Positions 58,875-64,000 of a stretch of 64,000 nucleotides of DNA are shown piece by piece (positions within the stretch are counted from its first letter, which is position 1; the number at the start of each line of letters is the position of its first letter). Made by a program: the position numbers and the translations under genes. This DNA comes from Novosphingobium sp. (GTDB lineage Bacteria > Pseudomonadota > Alphaproteobacteria > Sphingomonadales > Sphingomonadaceae). The notes below the pieces were generated by a model that saw only the letters and a program-made list of their open reading frames with translations, did no database searches and was not told where the DNA came from. The stretch spans positions 8,423 through 72,422 of the forward strand of contig JAGREN010000050.1 of assembly GCA_020446505.1 (NCBI GenBank), written 5' to 3'.

Positions 58875-59621
58875 TCACTGCCGCTCGAACAGGTCCGCCC
58901 GGTCGGCCAGCGGCCCCGCGCCGGAACTGAAATCGACGTCGGCGCCGGGTTTGCGGCGTGCCTCGTCGGCGCGGCCCGGCTGGAAGGTATGGCACGAGCC
59001 GATCATGCCAATGTCGCTGCCGACCATCCCGGCAGGCATCGCGATGCCTCTACCGCCTGCAACCATCGAGGCCCAGCGCAGCACGCGGGCAGCTTCCTCG
59101 GTCTGCGGATCGAGCGTCGCTATCCAGTCGCTGACGCCGGTGAGCACCTTGCCCGCCACAACTTCAGGCGTGACGAACCTGCCCTCTGCCAGGGTCCATT
59201 CGAGCAGCATGTCGCCGTTGCGGCGCAGGCGCGTGACCACCAGCCCGTCGACAGGATCGCTGGTGAATATCTCGTAGGTGATCCGCGCGTCTTCGCCAGC
59301 ATGGGCCGCACAGAACGTGGCGAGATCATAGAGGTGCGTGCAGTTCAGCGCCTTGGTTCGCTTGAACGACGGATCGTCGAGCCGCTTTCCGGCAAAGGTA
59401 TCGACCAGCGCCGCCCTTGCCCCCTCGCAGGTCGTCCACGGCCCGCGCTTCATTTCGCTCTCGACGCCGGTGATCGTCTCGCCATCGTGCCGAAGTGTCA
59501 CGACCATCCGGTGATAGTCGTCTTCCAGCTCGGACGTAACCGAGCCGGGCGAAGGTTCGATGACCACGCGGCGGCGATAGCCGGGGACTTTCTCGGGGTC
59601 GGGGAGCGGGCGGGATGTCAT
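58875..59621 (-). CDS. DUF2889-like protein
   Basis: YRRRVVI, LEDDYH.M, R.PWTTCEGA, NCTHLYDLA, GSCHTFQP. Confidence 0.72.
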   Translation of the reverse strand: MTSRPLPDPEKVPGYRRRVVIEPSPGSVTSELEDDYHRMVVTLRHDGETITGVESEMKRGPWTTCEGARAALVDTFAGKRLDDPSFKRTKALNCTHLYDLATFCAAHAGEDARITYEIFTSDPVDGLVVTRLRRNGDMLLEWTLAEGRFVTPEVVAGKVLTGVSDWIATLDPQTEEAARVLRWASMVAGGRGIAMPAGMVGSDIGMIGSCHTFQPGRADEARRKPGADVDFSSGAGPLADRADLFERQ

Positions 59622-59658
59622 CCAGCCGCTATTGCAGCACTGGGTCCCGCCAGCAAGA

Positions 59659-60570
59659 TCAGTCGAAGCCAAGATCCTTGAAGATCTTGTTGAGCTTCTT
59701 CCAGACGGTCTTGTTATCGCCTGCCTTGTTGCGCTCGTTGAGGAAGTTGAACTCGTCGTCGCGCCAGACGATGTTGGTGAACAGCGGGTGGCCGATCGAG
59801 GCGAAGTTCTGGAAGGCCGCGATGCCGAGGCCGTGCAGGTACTGGTGCATGGCCCGTTTGCTCAGCATCAGGCCGTCGGTCGACAGCGCGGCAACGGCGC
59901 GAGCGAAGCGCATCGCCTCGTCATCGAGCTGGTCTGCCGGCACGACCGAATTGGCGATGCCCCATTCCTTCATCTCGTCCGCATAGACAGAACGCCCGGT
60001 AAGCTGGATTTCCATGCCGCGATTGAGGCCCATCTTGAGCAGGGCAATCGGCAGCTGGCCGTCGAAGGCGCCAAAGCCGATGCGCGACTGGCGGCGCGCG
60101 AAGCGGGCATTGTCTGAACAGACCATCATGTCGCAGGCGAGAGCGAGCGACATGCCCAGCCCCATGACGTTGCCCTGACAGGCCGCGATGGTCACCTTGT
60201 CGCCCCAGATCATGCCGCGCTGCAATGTCTCGTAGGTGTGGCGCATGTTGCGCATGCGGATCGACTGCGGCAGGCGCGCGCCCTTCTTGAGGCCCATGCT
60301 TTCGATCGGGGTCTTGCGGGTGTCTTCCCCGGCGCAGAAGTCCGGACCATTGGCGCGCAGCACGATGACCTTGACCATGTCGTCGTCCTGCGCACGCTCG
60401 AAATGCTGGTGCAGCAGGTCGTTCATGCCGGGGATGGCGATAGCGTTGCGACGATCTTCGCGGTTGAGCGAGATCAGGCAGATGTGGTCTTCCACCACCT
60501 CATAGGTCACGCTGTTGGAAAGATCCTCGTGCGCAAAACCTGCGCCGACCTTGGGATCGCTGTCACTCAT
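59659..60570 (-). CDS. Crotonase-fold protein, non-canonical
   Basis: LNREDRRNA, FCAGED, GLGMSLA (no Glu), RQSRIGFGAFD. Confidence 0.87.
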   Translation of the reverse strand: MSDSDPKVGAGFAHEDLSNSVTYEVVEDHICLISLNREDRRNAIAIPGMNDLLHQHFERAQDDDMVKVIVLRANGPDFCAGEDTRKTPIESMGLKKGARLPQSIRMRNMRHTYETLQRGMIWGDKVTIAACQGNVMGLGMSLALACDMMVCSDNARFARRQSRIGFGAFDGQLPIALLKMGLNRGMEIQLTGRSVYADEMKEWGIANSVVPADQLDDEAMRFARAVAALSTDGLMLSKRAMHQYLHGLGIAAFQNFASIGHPLFTNIVWRDDEFNFLNERNKAGDNKTVWKKLNKIFKDLGFD

Positions 60571-60721
60571 TCGCCCGGCTCCTCGGCCCTCAATCATATA
60601 ACCTTTACGATGGCCGCTATTCGCCAAGCGACCGCAATTGTCAAATGGCAACTCGGGCATGGTGACATACGGACCGACGAGCAAGCCCGACCGATGGGCA
60701 GTTGCCTCCTTGACGGCTAAT

Positions 60722-60770
60722 GGTTAGATAATTGAAAGGCGTCAGCAGCAAGGTTCCGTAATTGCCGATT
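60722..60770. promoter_or_regulatory. Motif C pair: GGTTAGATAATTG (60722-60734) and CCGTAATTGCCGATT (60756-60770)
   Basis: 13/13 and 13/15 matches to the reverse strand of 45312-45344. Confidence 0.6.
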
Positions 60771-60816
60771 CGGCAGTGCGGGTCTAGGCTGCGACCATAA
60801 TTCAAGGAGAGCGATC

Positions 60817-62061
60817 ATGACCGCGCAAGCAACTCTGGAGCGGTTTCCCGAACAGGCTGAAGGCGTGAAGGTCGACCCTCGTCTCGGCTATGCCGTGTTC
60901 GACGCGGACAACCACTATTACGAGGCCGAGGACGCGCTCACCCGGCACCTTCCTGCCGAATGGAAGCGCCGCGGCCCGAAGTGGATCGAGATGAACGGGC
61001 GCAAGCGCCTCATGCTGGGCGACAAGCTCTACCAGTTCATTCCCAACCCGACCTTTGATCCCATCGCCAAGCCGGGCTGCCTGCACGACTATTTCGCGGC
61101 CAAGCTCGACGGCGCCGATCTCAAGACGGCGATGGGCGATCTCGAACCGCTGAGTAGCCGCCCCGAATACCTGAACCGCGACGCCCGCCTCGCCGTGATG
61201 GACGAGCAGGGCGTTGGCGCGACATGGCTGTTCCCGACTTTGGGCGTCACCTTTGAAGTGCCGATGCAGCCCGACATTCCGGCCGTGCTGGCGACTTTCC
61301 GCGCCTTCAACCGCTGGCTGGAGGAAGACTGGGGCTTTGCCTACAAGGACCGCCTGTTCGGCGTCCCGGTCGTCTCGCTGTCCGATCCGGACTGGGCCGT
61401 CGAGGAAGTGGAGTGGGCGATCCGGCAAGGCGCGAAAGTCATCTCGCTGCGCAATGGCCCGGTCTACACCGCCACCGGCACGACCTCGCCCGGTGCGCCG
61501 GAATACGATCCGTTCTGGGCGCGCTGTCAGGAAGCCAATCTCGTCGTCGCCCCGCATGCCGGCAACGACGGCTACGACTTCCTCGGCGACATGTGGGAGC
61601 CTTGGGGCGGCTATGGCGCCTTCAGCGTCTCGCCGATGCACAAGGTCGTCACCTCGCAGCGCGCGGTGCCGGACTTCTTCGCCGCGCTGGTCTGCCACAA
61701 GGTATTCGAACGCTTCCCGCGCCTGCGCGTCGCATCGGTCGAGAACGGGGCAAGCTGGATCAGGCCGCTGCTCACCCGCCTGTTCCGCGGTCATGCCCAG
61801 ACCAAGGGCTATTACAAGACCAACCCGGTCGACCAGTTCCGCGAGCACATCTGGGTCACGCCGTTCTGGGAAGACAACGTCGAGGAACTGGTCGAATATG
61901 TGCCCATCGACCGCATCATCTTCGGCAGCGACTGGCCGCATACCGAAGGCGTCGAGAAGCCACTCGACTTCCTCGACAGCCTGTCGAGCCTCAACGCCGA
62001 GGACACGCGCAAGGTGATGCGCGACAACGTGGCCGAACTGACGGCGTCTTCCAACCCGTGA
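60817..62061 (+). CDS. Amidohydrolase_2 family protein
   Basis: VFDADNHYYE, AFNRWL, PH, VENG, FGSDWPHTEG. Confidence 0.9.
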   Translation: MTAQATLERFPEQAEGVKVDPRLGYAVFDADNHYYEAEDALTRHLPAEWKRRGPKWIEMNGRKRLMLGDKLYQFIPNPTFDPIAKPGCLHDYFAAKLDGADLKTAMGDLEPLSSRPEYLNRDARLAVMDEQGVGATWLFPTLGVTFEVPMQPDIPAVLATFRAFNRWLEEDWGFAYKDRLFGVPVVSLSDPDWAVEEVEWAIRQGAKVISLRNGPVYTATGTTSPGAPEYDPFWARCQEANLVVAPHAGNDGYDFLGDMWEPWGGYGAFSVSPMHKVVTSQRAVPDFFAALVCHKVFERFPRLRVASVENGASWIRPLLTRLFRGHAQTKGYYKTNPVDQFREHIWVTPFWEDNVEELVEYVPIDRIIFGSDWPHTEGVEKPLDFLDSLSSLNAEDTRKVMRDNVAELTASSNP

Positions 62062-62885
62062 GCGAGCCGGGAGAGGAAACACCGGTCCTTAGCCAAGTCG
62101 CCGACGGGGTCGGGCTGATTACGCTCAACCGGCCGGACAGGCTCAACGCATGGACCCCGGCGATGCGCCTCGCCTATTTCGACACGCTCGAAAGGTTCGG
62201 GCGCGATCCCGAGGTGCGCGCCATTGTGGTGCGCGGCGCGGGACGCGGGTTCTGCGCTGGCGCGGACCTTTCGCTGATCCGCGCGCCCGATGCCGAGAGC
62301 GAGGCCCTGCGAGAGGCGGAGAGCCGCGAATACTGGTTCCCGCTTTCGGTGGGCAAACCCATCGTCGCCGCAATCCACGGGCCGTGCCTCGGCATCGGTC
62401 TGCAGCAGGCGATGTTCTGCGACATCCGCTTCGCCGCGCGGGATGCAAAGATCGGCGCGCCTTATGTCCGTCGCGGGATCGTCGGCGAGATGGGCATTAC
62501 CTGGATGCTTTCGCGTCTGGTCGGAGTCGGGCCGGCGAACGACATCATGCTTTCTGGCCGCATGCTCTCGGGCGACGAGGCAGCCGCCATCGGTCTCGTC
62601 AATGCTGCGCTCGAGCCGGATGCAGTGTTCGATCACGCCATGGCCTATGCCCGCGACCTTGCCGCCAACTGCTCGCCGCTCGCCATGCGCACGGTCAAGA
62701 TGCAGATGTACCAGGATCTGATGGACGGCTTCACGCCCAGCTTCGCCCGGTCCGAACGCCTGCTCGACGAAGTCCTGCGCGGCGAGGACGTGAAGGAGGG
62801 CATTGCTGCCGTGCGCGAGAAGCGGCCCGTCCGCTTCCCCGGACTGGACCCAGACCTTGCCCTGAGCGGAGACTGGCCATCGTGA
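62058..62885 (+). CDS. Crotonase-fold protein, non-canonical
   Basis: GTG overlapping the previous stop. LNRPDRLNAW, FCAGAD, GIGLQQA, PYVRRGIVGE. Confidence 0.87.
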   Translation: MSEPGEETPVLSQVADGVGLITLNRPDRLNAWTPAMRLAYFDTLERFGRDPEVRAIVVRGAGRGFCAGADLSLIRAPDAESEALREAESREYWFPLSVGKPIVAAIHGPCLGIGLQQAMFCDIRFAARDAKIGAPYVRRGIVGEMGITWMLSRLVGVGPANDIMLSGRMLSGDEAAAIGLVNAALEPDAVFDHAMAYARDLAANCSPLAMRTVKMQMYQDLMDGFTPSFARSERLLDEVLRGEDVKEGIAAVREKRPVRFPGLDPDLALSGDWPS

Positions 62886-64000
62886 CCCAGAGCGTGACCG
62901 ATACCGCGACCGGAACGGCTCTCTCGATCCGCTACGGCGGCGACGAACCGCCGATCCCCGAAGGATCGCTGGCGGCAATGCTGCGCAGGCAGGCAGCCAA
63001 ATTCGGCGACCGCCCCGCCATGCTGGTGCCGCAGGACAGCGGAGGCGTAGCGCCGATCACCTATGCCGAGATGGTTGGCCGCGCCGAAAACGTCGCGCGC
63101 TGGCTCAGGCAGCGGTGCGAGCCGGGCTCGCGGATTGCGATCTGGTCGCGCAATGCCGTCGAGAGCGTAATCGTCCAGCATGCCTGCGCGCTGGCGGGCA
63201 TGGTGGTCGCTCATTTCAACACCGGCTGGACCGATGCGGAGGTGCGCCACGCCTGCGACCTGGTCGAGCCTTCGCTCGGCTTCGCGGGCCTTGGCTTTCG
63301 CGATGCCGACCTGCTGACCCGCCTTGCCGGGATCGCCAGCTTTCCGGTCGTTCCGCTGACCGACGTCGAGGCCATCGGCGAGATCGAGCAAAGCGGCGAC
63401 CTGCCCGATCCGGGGCCGGACGCGCCCTACCTCATTCAGTTCACCAGCGGCACCACCGGCAAGAGCAAGGGCGCGCTGCTTTCGCAGAAATGCGTTTTAT
63501 ATGGCGGCTGGATTCGCCCGGCGGTCTATGGCGGTAACGAGTACGACGTGTGGCTCAACGCGGTGCCGTACCACCATATCGGCGGCTCCATCGCGATCAT
63601 CGTCGGCGCGCTCGCCACTGGCAGCGCCTTCACCGTGCTCGAACGCTACGACCGCGACCAGACCGTGCGCCTGATGCGCGAAATCCGGCCCTCCCGCATG
63701 GGCGGCGTTCCGACCATGTGGCACGACATCCTGTCCTCGCCAGACCTGCCTTCCGATCGGGCGGTGCGGCTGGTGACGCTCGGCGGCGCGACGGTCCCGC
63801 CCTCGATCATCCGCGCCGTGCAGGACAAGACCGGGGCCACCAGCGCCATCGGCTATGGCCAGTCGGAGAGCGGCGGCATCACCAATACCGTGCTCGACGA
63901 TCCGATCGACAAGCTGTGCGAGACGATCGGCCGCCCCTCGCCCCATACCGAAGTGATGATCGCTGACAGCGAGACGGGCCAGCCGGTGCCGCTGGGTCAG
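62882..64000 (+). CDS. Acyl-CoA synthetase, partial; runs off the right edge
   Basis: Not in the ORF track. GTG at 62882, open to the end; IWSRN, QFTSGTTGKSKG, YGQSE. Confidence 0.88.
   Translation, partial: MTQSVTDTATGTALSIRYGGDEPPIPEGSLAAMLRRQAAKFGDRPAMLVPQDSGGVAPITYAEMVGRAENVARWLRQRCEPGSRIAIWSRNAVESVIVQHACALAGMVVAHFNTGWTDAEVRHACDLVEPSLGFAGLGFRDADLLTRLAGIASFPVVPLTDVEAIGEIEQSGDLPDPGPDAPYLIQFTSGTTGKSKGALLSQKCVLYGGWIRPAVYGGNEYDVWLNAVPYHHIGGSIAIIVGALATGSAFTVLERYDRDQTVRLMREIRPSRMGGVPTMWHDILSSPDLPSDRAVRLVTLGGATVPPSIIRAVQDKTGATSAIGYGQSESGGITNTVLDDPIDKLCETIGRPSPHTEVMIADSETGQPVPLGQ

Overview
High-GC (mid-60s % by eye) bacterial DNA; codon style and gene families suggest a sphingomonad such as Novosphingobium (inference). 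The 64 kb is almost entirely one lipid/terpenoid-type catabolic region of about 57 CDS. It holds three tandem P450cam-like P450s, two type I Baeyer-Villiger monooxygenases (BVMOs), two ferritin-like 'metal-dependent hydrolase' proteins each beside an epoxide hydrolase, five acyl-CoA ligases and eight crotonase-fold proteins. It also holds six acyl-CoA dehydrogenase (ACAD) genes (two alpha/beta pairs), four family III CoA-transferase genes, three thiolase-fold proteins, four amidohydrolases and two GntR/FadR regulators. I saw no transporter, P450 redox partner, RNA gene, CRISPR array or mobile element. Best leads: (1) a twice-repeated diiron protein plus epoxide hydrolase pairing that shares a 17-bp operator-like motif; (2) adjacent mct and mcd homologues in a beta-oxidation operon, suggesting methyl-branched carbon exits via methylsuccinyl-CoA and mesaconyl-CoA; (3) three P450 paralogues diverged mainly in substrate-recognition regions; (4) four families of repeated promoter motifs and a perfect 34-bp inverted repeat. 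Family calls rest on motifs read from the translations and on recalled reference sequences; no database search was run. Many starts were moved from the ORF track to codons with a ribosome-binding site (RBS).
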